Notes under the pieces: model-generated | Told to the model about the DNA's origin: nothing | Databases searched by the model: none | The model's input: the letters and a program-made list of their open reading frames with translations, nothing else | Shown here: positions 52,612-64,000 of the stretch, piece after piece | How the letters are laid out: every line of letters begins with the position of its first letter | How positions within the stretch are numbered: position 1 is the stretch's first letter | Source: Octopus vulgaris | Taxonomy: Eukaryota | Length of the DNA: 64,000 bases | Reading direction: 5' to 3' | Assembly (NCBI GenBank): GCA_951406725.2 | Contig: OX597835.1 | Coordinates: 38,254,001-38,318,000, forward strand | Position numbers and translations under genes: made by a program

Positions 52612-52990
52612 GTGGAGAAGAAGAAGAAGAAGAAGAAGAAGAAGAAGAAGAAGAAGGAGAAGGAGAAGATGATGGTGATGGTGGTGATGATTATGACGAC
52701 GATGATGATGATAACGATGATGATGAAGAAGAAGAAGAAGAAGAAGAAGAAGAAGAAGAAGGAGGAGAAGGAGAAGATGGTGGTGATGATGGTGGTGATG
52801 ATGATGACGCCGATGATGATGATAACGATGATGATGAAGAAGAAGAAGAAGAAGAAGAAGAAGAAGAAGAAGAAGAAGAAGAAGAAGAAGAAGAAGGAGG
52901 AGAAGGAGAAGATGGTGGTGATGATGGTGGTGATGATGATGACGCCGATGATGATGATAACGATGATGATGAAGAAGAAGAAGAAGAAAA
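52612..52990. repeat. Three tandem copies of a compound (GAA)n-(GGT/GAT)n unit
   Basis: The junction ggagaaggagaagatg...gatgataacgatgatgatgaag recurs three times. Confidence 0.85.
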
Positions 52991-54056
52991 AAACAGAGAA
53001 GGGAGAATATGAATGGGTGTAAATATAGCTATGAAGGGGCTGATTAGTAATGGATTCTATGGAGTGTAGTATTTGTGTGTGTATATATATTTTTTTCTTT
53101 TATTCTAAAGTTGAGGTATATTAATTGTTTGTCGTAGACCCGTTAAGAAGTGGCTTGTATTTTGTAATAAAGAGATTTTCTTTACTTATTCTTTGTCTCG
53201 AGGTTGTATCGTCCCTAAATTGGTAGAGGGGGAAAATTCTGAAGTTTGGTGTTTTTTTGTTGGCGCAAGTATCTATGTGTTGGCTAAAAGCTATTTTTCT
53301 GTTTTGGGGAATTTTATCTGGGATCTGTGCAGGGCCATTCGTTTACGCAAACCATTTTTTGTTTCGCCTATGTACTGCTCTTGACACCCGGAGCAGGTTA
53401 GTGTGTATATTAGGTTCTCCGAAGCACATGTGAAGTTGCTTTTCACTGTAAACCGTTGTCCCTGTTTGAAGGAGAACTCAGAACCCTCGATTAGATAGTC
53501 GCATATCCCGCAATTGGGTCTTCCACATTTTTTTACTGTCGGCTTCTGTGTTGAAAGAGTGAATTCGGGCTTGTGTAAGGAGACTTTTCATGGATCTAGG
53601 CTGTCTTTTGCTTTTTATGATCGTGTGTGTTTGGAGGATTGTGTTCATTCTGTGTCGTGTTCTGGTGTTTGCGTTAGAGACTATAGTGCATATCCTTTTT
53701 GCTAGATTGAAGGGGATATTCATCCTGGTGTGTCTGGGGTGGCATGAATTGAATGGAAGATATTGCTTAGAGTCTGTAGGCTTATAGTATATGTCTGTTT
53801 CTATTATATTATTAGCTTTCTTAATGAGGATATCGAGGAAGGGGAGTTGTTGTTGGCTATATTCCATCGTGAATTGGATGTTTACGTCCAGTCCGTTTAA
53901 AATTTTCTGGAATTCTATGAGTTTTTCTATATTTTTATGCCATATATATATATATATTTATATATATATATATATATATATATACAAAAGGAGGCAGAGA
54001 ATATTAAGAAAATCGATATCAAAATACGAAATTATTAAGACACAGACAGACACATC

Positions 54057-54131
<75 letters not shown>

Positions 54132-54202
54132 TGATTGATTGATTGATTGATAGACAGATATATAGATAAAGGGTTGTCTACATCTCGGTGTCAGAACTAT
54201 AC

Positions 54203-54659
<457 letters not shown>

Positions 54660-55466
54660 ATATAAGCGCCACCACATTAAGATTTTAACTTTTGAATTAG
54701 TGATCTTTTAATGATATTTAATAATATTCCTTCAAAAAACTTGTAACCACTTTTAAGTTGAGATATTACTTCAGAGATCTTATAAACAGCGTAGTTAATG
54801 TTGAATCATATATCTAACCTGATGTCATGTTATTGAATGTAATAATGGTTTTTCTAAAGATGCACAAGCATAAACTATAATCAAAGTGGATATATGGAGT
54901 GTTTGAATGAATGTTACATCTCTCTATATTCGCAGATGAAACCATCAGGGGCTTATAAATTTGTCGACGAATATTAGCCAAAGTTTCGCACGAACTTTGA
55001 AGCGATTGGAGTTTCATTAATTGTGAACAGAAATGAAAACTATAAAAGTTATGGATTAACTTCCTTCAGTTGCTTGTAAATTAGCATTGTCTATTAACGA
55101 CATTCGTCTTCTGTAATAAAATATTGCGGTCACGGCAAGAAATAGATTCATGTTTCATAGGATATTGTACGAGATTTCGTATGATGAATATTAGTTTTAT
55201 CCATCCTGAGGTAAAAAAAATTACAGAAGCGGAAAAGCTTGTGCATCTGCATCCTGTCCGAAGACTTTGGGACACATAGCGTATTGCATGCTGTATGCAT
55301 TATGGCTCAGCATCATTCACGTCTAAGTAGTTGAAATATGGTACCAAATTATGAAAGTACTCACACGCATATTAAAGTAAATGCAAATACGTGCAAATAC
55401 ACATAATCTCAAATACTTGTTTAGCTTTTCTAACCTCTCAATAATTCAAATGTCTTTTCCCACCCC

Positions 55467-55564
<98 letters not shown>

Positions 55565-55565
<1 letters not shown>

Positions 55566-56045
55566 GGTGCAGGAATGGGTGTGTGAGGAAGCTTGCTTCA
55601 TAACCACATCGTTCCGAATTCAGTCTCGGAAATGCGTTGCACCTTGTGTGTCTTTTACTATGTAGGCAGACCAATACCTTGTGAGTGGATTTGGGAGAAG
55701 GAAACTGAAAAGCCTGTTGCATGTATATACATGTGTGTGTGTGTGTGTGTGTACTTATTTGTGTTTCTGTGTTTGTTCCTCCACCATCGCTTGACAACCG
55801 ATGCTGGTGGTTTATGTCCCTGTAACTTAGCAGTTCGGAAAAAGAGTCCGATAGAATAAGTACTAGGCTTACAAAGATTAACTTCAGAGATCTTATAAAC
55901 AGCGAAGTTAATGTTGAATCATATATCTAACCTGATGTCATGTTATTGAATGTAATAATGGATTTTCTAAAGATGCACGATTTGTTCAACTAAAGCCGGT
56001 GTTTCAGCATGGATGCAGTCAAAGGACTGAAACAAGTAAAAGAAT
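55565..56045 (+). mobile_element. SINE family A interrupted by a 98-bp locally templated insertion (55881-55978)
   Basis: SINE sequence resumes after the insert, which copies 54768-54865. Confidence 0.75.
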
Positions 56046-56262
56046 ACAAGACTATATGTTCCAAATAACGGTAATTTATTGGATGAAAGCGATTGACCGT
56101 AACGGAAAATTGTGTAAGCATTACGGTGAGTCAAGTAAAACGTTGGATAGGGAAAGTTCGTGGAAACGAGCATAAAAAATACACAAAATGAGAATGATTT
56201 TATCAGAAATAAATTGATTCAACTGATTAAAACAGAATTTAAATAAAAATAAGAATTAAAAA

Positions 56263-56560
56263 TCTTTATATATAAAAGTCAAGTTGTGTGTCTGTCTCCT
56301 ACGATTTAGATTCCTAACTACTCCCACATTTTGCGGTGCAGTTTAACCAAAACCTGGTATCTTATAGTCGTGATTCATATCGAGCCTTTCTGGGTATTAG
56401 CGCACGTCTACGATGAGTCTACGATTTAAAAAAAAGTTTACCATCATTTTTTTCCATTTTAATGCATCTTTTCGCTATTATATAAGGGAAGTAACTCTCT
56501 AAAAATGTCTACGATGAGTCAACGATTTAAAAAATTATCATAATTTTTTTTCATGTATTA
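56263..56560 (+). mobile_element. Non-autonomous Helitron 5' part
   Basis: A|TC start; reverse-complement similarity to 58313-58705. Confidence 0.75.
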
Positions 56561-56749
56561 ATCAAAAAGGCATGATAAAAAGCTAGTCAATAAACAATAC
56601 AGGATCGAACGTTCAATTTCAAATATACTTGGGTATAGTAAAAAATGTATCCTATATACATACGAATGTACATATATACATACAAACACACACACATATA
56701 TACTCATGTATACACAAACACACATTACGTACCTATGTATATATATATA

Positions 56750-56937
56750 TATCACCGTGTATCAGATGTAGCTACACATCGCTGGTCACAATGCGCTTCG
56801 CATTGTTTTAGCCTTCAAATGACGCCACCCCGCTGGCTAAGCGAGCAGCCAACAGAAGAAGAGTGAGAGAAAGCTGTAGAGAAGGAGTACAGCAGGGATC
56901 GCCACCACCCCTGCCGGAGCCTCATGGAGCTTTAGGT
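56750..56937 (-). mobile_element. SINE family D, 3' part
   Basis: Reverse complement of 61040-61210. Confidence 0.75.
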
Positions 56938-57679
56938 CAACCAAAAGCTACATCGAAAACAAAACAGGTCTAAACGACCTCATATACTGCGCAGCCTCTG
57001 TCGCTCTACAATCCGTTGGGGTTAAAAAGCGAAAAGAAAAAGCTATTAAATTGTTTTAAGTTAAATTAAATTAATCAACTATGTACTGCAAATATATTAT
57101 TATATATTGCATGATTTTTATCATAATGAAACAGCTATTGATCACAAATTATGAACTATAAATGAAACTTATGCTTTTCTACTTTTATTCAAAATACTAG
57201 TAGAAACATTGCCTTAGCGCGGATTTCAGCTAATCCTTCAATAATATTTACATATTTGATTCCTAATGGGTACGACATAATTTATGTTACCTCTGCATCC
57301 TTTATTCGTCTAATAGCACTCACTTGCAAAATAAATAAATTTAGAATAATAGCAATCACTCAACGACAGCGTTAGAATTTGTGAAGTCTACAGGTAAAAT
57401 GTTTACTTTGCATGACGTTAAACTTGATTGCACACCCAATAGGATGGAAAAATCGTGTTTAAAATCTTACGTTTTCAAACACGTAACTGTATCACTTATT
57501 ATTTGCGTTGTGTTACTTCTCTGTTGTTCTATATATATTTGTACGTTTTAATGTTAAGAGCCTGTATTACAAATTTACAAAGATGGAAAGTGATAATTTT
57601 TATTCTCATTCATCATTTGAACTATGATTACACGAACAGTAGTCTCTGCAACGCGTTTAATTTTCTGAAATATATATAT

Positions 57680-57902
57680 TTTTTTACTACCCACAAGGGG
57701 CTAAACACAGAGAGGACAAACAAGGACAGACACACGGATTAAGTCGATTACATCGACCCCAATGCGTAAATGGTACTTTATTTATCGACCCCGAAAGGAT
57801 GAAAGGCAAAGTCGACCTCGGCGGAATTTGAACTCAGAACGTAACGGCAGACGAAATACGGCCACGCATTTCGCCCGGCGTGCTAACGTTTCTGCCAGCT
57901 CA
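57680..57902 (-). mobile_element. SINE family B
   Basis: Matches 11940-12173. Confidence 0.85.
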
Positions 57903-58312
57903 CTTCTGAAATCTATAACAGATTTCATGCTATACTTCTTATCATATACTAAGTCTCCTATAATGTTTACTTTTCAAAACATTGTGCAGACCAATCAAAT
58001 ACGTTTATGTTTGGTACAATTGACGTAAGTAAATTAAAACTATTTTTCTTCATCAGAACCATCCAACGAATATGAAAGAATACTGGATTCAACATAATTC
58101 GGTTGACACTGGATTAAACTTATAATTTGGAGAATTATTTTTCTGACATGTCAGTAGAAAGAAGCTTCAAAGAGGGTAAAAGAGAAAAGTAAGAAAGAGA
58201 ACACTCTCTCGCAGTGTCAAAATCATTATTTCAAAGTGAATTAAAATAGGTTTTTCATTGCTGAAATCTGTAATGATAAAAGAAACTTGAACACCACATT
58301 TTTATAAAAATA

Positions 58313-58705
58313 CTAGCAGTATCGCCCGGCGTTGCTCGGGTTTGTAAGGGAAATAACTATATAAGCATTTTTAGAGATGTAAAGTATAATAGCCATCTCA
58401 ATATGGCTAACCACAAAGGGGGTGTTACTGTAGCTTTTTACGTTCTGAGATTTAATAATACATTTTTAGAGAGTTACTTCCCTTATATATGCCAAAAATG
58501 CATTAAAATGGGAAAAATTGATGGTAATTTTTTTTTTAAATCGTAGACTCACCGTAGACGCGCGCTAATACCCAGAAGGGCTCGATGTGAATCACGACTA
58601 TAAGATACCCGGTTTTGGTTAAACTGCACCGCAAAATGTGGGAGTAGTTAGGAATCTAAATCGTAGGAGACAGACAGCACACAACCTTACTTTTATATAT
58701 AAAGA
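58313..58705 (-). mobile_element. Complete non-autonomous Helitron (393 bp)
   Basis: 5' TC, 3' hairpin cccgagcaacgccggg followed by CTAG, inserted between A and T with no TSD. Confidence 0.9.
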
Positions 58706-59285
58706 TATTAATATTACAAGTTTCAAGAATTTCCTAGACGATGTAGACTTTAACAATTACTTTCTGTTAGTAGATGTTACGTACACCAAAATGATGACTC
58801 AGCATCTTTCTTTATTGTAGCATAGATGCTGCTCTTAATGATTGCTTCGACCGATTATATATAAACAGGCAACCTGGTCTCACTTGAATTTACTGCAATG
58901 TAATAAAGTGTTGGAGATTAACGATCTGCTATTAATTGAGTTCTTAATTACTGTGGATTTTTATCATGTTTATCCATCAATTCTTCAACATGGAAAAGTG
59001 TGTGTATATTTATTTACGCATGCGTGTGTATGCGTCTAAAGAGTGAGAGAAAGAGATAGATATGTATTTTTGTGGACAAAAAGAAAGAAAAGTGCATCCA
59101 CCGTTTTGTAGAGTTACTTTAACTGTATTCATAGTTATGTACATTAACTGATTGAGAATCAGTCACTCCTGATCTTTCGCATCGCATATTTATGAGGAGT
59201 AGTTTTCTCACTTTAATGAGCCAGACTGCTCCTCTCATCATAGTCTTTCCCCATTTTCGGTACGTTGTTAACGGTATAACAATTA

Positions 59286-59512
59286 CTCTTTTACTCTTTT
59301 ACTTGTTTCAGTCATTTGACTGCGACCCCGGGACTTATTCTTTTGTAAGTCCAGTACTTATTCTATCGGTCTCTTTTGCCGAACCGCTAAGTGACGGGGA
59401 CGTAAACACACCAGCATCGGTTGTCAAGCAATGCTAGGGGGACAAACACAGACACACAAACATATACACACACACTTATATATATATATACATATATACG
59501 ACAGGCTTCTTT
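59286..59512 (-). mobile_element. SINE family A, 3' half
   Basis: Matches the family A tail. Confidence 0.8.
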
Positions 59513-60089
59513 CTTTAAATTTATTTGTTTTCTTGCTTTCAACATTCAAATCAACATCTTCCAGTGCACCCTGTCCCCCTACCAGTTGTTTTTCATATTT
59601 TGTAACATCTTTGCTAAAACCCACTCACTCACTACTCCCCCACCGTCCTATTTTCAATTCTTCTCAACATTCTATATAAACCTTATCCCCACCCGACTAC
59701 GTCTGTACTTTGTTTCTATGTCCACCAATTCAAGTAATATTGATCATACTATTAACTTTACACAAAACTATTTCCTCCAACATCATACAACTCCTACTCT
59801 CCAAAATCAATCCTTCAAAACTTTCATTTTCGTTCCCATTTTTGTATCCAAAGTCATAACATCACTACTATTTTTCCGGCGCTAACGTTCATCGCCTTCC
59901 TCAGATTCTACTGATTTACTGTCTGGTGTGTATTAGTTGTCGCGCATGCAGTATAAGGCATTACTCTCAGTCAAGATATGCTTACTTGCGTATCACTGTG
60001 AAAATTCAAGGTCTTCACCGGTAATACTTCATTTTACCTATGATTTCGCTTTTATATCAGAAGGGTTAATTAGTACGAGCAAATTCGTG

Positions 60090-60310
60090 ACTACAAACAT
60101 TTTTGCCCCGCTGTAAAAGGATACAATGCCAGATGTGATATTTTGAAGAAAGCGTTGCTTCTTTTAGATAATGCACTAAGAAATCTAGCGACTTAAAACG
60201 ATTTTTCTGATTATATGAGTGTGGAATATATCTTCCTGAACACAGCTTCTTTACTGCAGACAATGCATCAAAGAATGATAGTCAACTCAAAGGTATATGA
60301 ACGGTATATA
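60090..60310 (+). pseudogene. pogo/Tigger-like transposase (DDE_1) relic
   Basis: KHFCPAVKGY...KALLLLDNA...VEYIFLNTASLLQTMHQ resembles the LLLLDNAP..H...FLPPNTTS.LQPMDQ motif. Confidence 0.7.
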
Positions 60311-60628
60311 GATAGCAATTGAGTTCACGTTTTCCGCCAACACAAAGCCAAGATATATTTGAACAAGATATTGTAACACATGGGATATGTATTATATTTA
60401 CATTTACTGATATCTGATTGTTGACATTGAACCAAATTTCTTTAAAACTGAGTGCTTTATTGATATCTGCCAGGATTCTTTAAAAACCATTTTTCTTTTA
60501 TGTGTGTGTATGTGCGCACGCGATCGTATGTGTGTATCAGGTCATCACATAAGTAATGTCCGGATTTCTATATTTTCAATTTGTAAATAAATCTTAGAGC
60601 GAGTTATAAACAGTAGCTGCAACACATC

Positions 60629-60852
60629 GTGACGTATATTTGCCATTTAAATATGGTTAACCCCTAAGGGTGGACTGTGCTACTGTAGTTTGTAGCCCCA
60701 GGAGGACACCTCATCTAGCTGGCTATAGACACACTTTCTGTACCATATCAGTATTTGCAAAGGGAAGCCATCCTTCCCGTCTCCAACTTATGATACACAC
60801 GGACTCGAGTTTCTGGGTATTGACCCGTCATCGGCGTCTGACAACTACAGTT
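60629..60852 (-). mobile_element. Hammerhead-bearing repeat, second copy of the 19070-19291 family (motif at 60799-60837)
   Basis: Reverse complement reads acg CCGATGA c GGGT caat ACCC a GAAA CTCGAG TC cgt. Confidence 0.75.
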
Positions 60853-60895
60853 GTCGATGAAAAGTAGGTTCCCTTCACAAATACATGTACTTTTT

Positions 60896-60933
<38 letters not shown>

Positions 60934-60934
<1 letters not shown>

Positions 60935-61235
60935 GAGACGCAATGGCCTAGTGGTTAGGGCAGCGGACTCGCGGTCGTAGGATCGTGGTTTCGATTCCCA
61001 GACTGGGCGCTGTGAGTGTTTATTGAACGAAAACACCTAAAGAACTCCACGATGCACCGGCAGAGGGTGGTGATCTCTGCTGTACTCTTTCGCCACAACT
61101 TTCTCTCACTCTTCTGTTGGCCTGCTCGCTTAGCCAGCGGGGTGGCGTTATTCGAAGGCTAAAACAATGCGAACACATTGTGACCAGCGATGTGTAAAAC
61201 ATCTGATGGTCTGGTCGGTCACGTGATCACGTGAT
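60934..61235 (+). mobile_element. tRNA-derived SINE family D
   Basis: A box tggcctagtggttagg, B box ggtttcgattcc, tail ending (cacgtgat)2. Confidence 0.8.
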
Positions 61236-61262
61236 ATATATATGTATACGTGTATATTTGTC

Positions 61263-61295
<33 letters not shown>

Positions 61296-61699
61296 ACATA
61301 CATACATACGCACATGTGGCTTCGGATAGAAATTGTGTTTGGTAGAATTCGATTATTTTCGATAAGTCGGGGCGCCCCAATCTTCTTGTCCATTCATCGA
61401 ACATTGAATCTCTCTCGGGTGGCCTTTAAATCGTTGATGAAACCCAATCAGTATAGACGGTGATTTAACGTGAAATATTAAAGTTGTGGTTTTGATAAAA
61501 TATAAACGAAGAAGACGGCATCATCTGAGTTATTATTCCCGCTTAATTGAACACGATGGCTAATCTCAAGCTATCAGAACACGTCCACTGGTAAACTTTA
61601 GTAAATGCGTTATTCCCTGTCCAACAAAACGACCAGATAACAACAGCAACTTTAAAGAAGGCAACGATAAACCGAATCAGTTAATGAAATGGGTTTTCC

Positions 61700-61960
61700 T
61701 TGCTTTTTATCTTCAAAATTTCTAATAATAACTCGATCAAAATCAATTTCTAGAGCAACGTTTAATCCGATATTCTGTCATGCTTAATCAACGACTCGGG
61801 TTGACACGCTGTAGACCTTAAAAACTCTGATCTGTTTGAGATAAGTAAAAGGCCTTTCTTTGCTACTGGAACTGGAACTGTCAACAATATTCTCAATCTA
61901 GCAACAATATTTCGATATATCTCAAAAGATTTGTAATCATTTAATAAATTTTGAAGGCAT
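61700..61960 (-). pseudogene. hAT transposase C-terminal dimerisation domain relic
   Basis: IYRNIVARLRILLTVPVPVA..., FLRST..Q and EIDFDRVI across frameshifts. Confidence 0.65.
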
Positions 61961-62398
61961 TGGTTCTGGTTTTTCGAAATTCGTTGGATATATAAACAAA
62001 ATAAATTGCTTTTCTATTTCAGAATCTTCATCATTGACGTTAGAAAAATTTCGATGGGTTGATCCCATTCCGTTTGATTCTGTCTCACTTAAAACATACT
62101 CTTTTATCTTTTATTAGTTTCAGTGATTGGACAGCGGCCATAAGGAAGCACCTCTTTGCAGAATTTCGTCGAATAAATCAACCTCAGCTTCTTATATTTC
62201 TTTTTGTCTGATACATATTCCACATGTCTCTTTTTCTAAACGGCTATGTTGCGGGAAAGTAAACAAAGCAACACCGACTGTCATGGAATAATGGGGGACA
62301 AACATAAATACAAAGACACACACATACACACGCACACACACGCACACACACATACATATTTAGTTGAGGTCAACCGTGTAAAAGACTGTTGTATATGC

Positions 62399-62495
<97 letters not shown>

Positions 62496-63354
62496 AAACT
62501 TGTGCAACAACTAATACATTCGGTTGTGCAAATTCTTTGCACGGGAAATCTGCCCTGTGTTTCCCGATTTTGTAAAAAATGGTTTTCGGCTTTTCTGACC
62601 ATTTTCTGTTCTGAGCATGGCGTCTTGAAGCCCTGAAGTCGTCGTCGAAAAGAACGCCGGTCTCCTCGGCAACGCTTACGACGTTGATTTCCCTACCCTG
62701 CCTTCCCCAGAGCTTCATGGAGGAGGGGGAAGGAGGGGGAGAAGCAACACAGGTGCAGGTGTGAGCATGGAGGACGCCAACACCGCCACCGCCACCGACA
62801 CACGAAGAAATTGGAAGAACCCAGACGACAGCTTCACGGTCAACCACTACTACTACTACTACGGACAACTCTGCCACAAACGTCACCACCACCACCACCA
62901 CCACCGCCGCCACCACCACCACCACCACTACAATTACCATCACCATCACCACCACCACCACCACCACCACCACCACCGCCGCCGCCGCCGCCGCCGCCAC
63001 CGCCACCACCACAATCACCACCACCACCACCATCGCCACCACCACCACTGCCACCACGAACGCGGAGTAGATGAAACCATGGCAACTAAAGAAGGGGAAT
63101 TTTCCTTGCGTTCTATATCCTGTACTCTGTTTTTTCGTTGTTTAAGAAAAATGTCCAGTTCCTTGGTTTTGGGTTTATGTTTTCATTTCTCATTGTGTTC
63201 GAGGTTTTTTTTGGTGTCCTGTACCCATATATGCATGTATATATACATGTAGACGTAGGTACGTACATATATGTATGTATATATGCATATGTTTTATTTA
63301 TTAATTTGTTATTATACGACAGAACGTACGCATCCATTTCTAAGTAAGTTTGTT

Positions 63355-63481
<127 letters not shown>

Positions 63482-63529
63482 GTGTGTATTTTTCCCTTGT
63501 TAACAATTAACACGGAAATAATATACAAA

Positions 63530-63836
63530 TAGTTACCAGGGTAGCAAAAAAATCACACAAGTAAAAAGGTTGTTAATCCTTGTTTTAAAGGTAGAAACTA
63601 CGGGTTTACGTTATATTTTTTGTATAATATACATAATTAAATAAATGGAGTTACACACAGGTATTATTCAAATTCTTTTACTTCCGTCACATGTTTCGAA
63701 GATATCACTGGTATTATTCCAAAGGAATAAAATGGTGTAAAACAATGTAATAATCATCTCTTCAGGGAAATGAAGAAATGAAACATGTGTCGGAAGTAAA
63801 AGAATTTGAATAACACCTGCATTTAACTCCATTTAT
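63530..63836 (-). mobile_element. PLE-type terminal repeat with hammerhead (63682-63769) plus inverted partial copy (63780-63836)
   Basis: Reverse complement reads ttcc CTGAAGA gatg...tatc ttc GAAA catgtgac ggaa; the inverted copy has GAAACATGTGTC ggaa; 57-bp IR 63641-63697/63780-63836. Confidence 0.65.
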
Positions 63837-63859
63837 ATATATATATATATATACATTTA

Positions 63860-63922
<63 letters not shown>

Positions 63923-63928
63923 ATATAC

Positions 63929-63971
<43 letters not shown>

Positions 63972-64000
63972 CATACATACACTGTATGTCAACTAAATTC

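Larger units (their letters stand above)
52190..53940 (-). mobile_element. Penelope-like element 3' portion (Neptune-like): RT thumb, GIY-YIG endonuclease and pLTR; defective
   Basis: LPFLDILI, YYKPTD..YL.FNSCHP; CGRPNCGIC, NLIYTLTCSGCQEQYIGET, R..H, E..FI....P.LN; flanked by (TA)n on both sides. Confidence 0.9.

Noticed and set aside
60934-61010. tRNA-like sequences here and at 26169, 31825 and 38521
   Set aside because: Acceptor stems are incomplete and they run into multi-copy SINE bodies; these are SINE heads, not tRNA genes.

Overview
Eukaryotic, AT-rich window saturated with microsatellites ((TA)n, (CA)n, (TAGA)n, (TAA)n, (GAT)n). The SINE and microsatellite content suggests an Octopus/coleoid cephalopod genome (inference). 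No intact host gene is recognisable, and nearly all ORF-track entries are translated microsatellites. Supported mobile elements: a full-length but defective IR/DR Tc1 (DD34E), other Tc1/mariner, pogo and hAT relics, a Helitron helicase relic and non-autonomous Helitrons, a 1.18-kb solo LTR, CR1, Tx1/L1, RTE and Dong/R4 LINE 3' ends, two Penelope-like (PLE) 3' ends with GIY-YIG endonucleases, several tRNA-derived SINE families, and a MITE with an 8-bp TSD. The main hidden signal is about a dozen minimal type-I hammerhead ribozyme motifs from about 8 unrelated families. They include core variants (U3-A8 compensatory pair, U4C, A6U), a 361-bp retrozyme-like unit, and a tRNA-headed SINE whose tail is a hammerhead-bearing PLE-type terminus. 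Template-switch palindromes and a few weak candidate exons are also flagged. All calls are by eye and no database searches were run.
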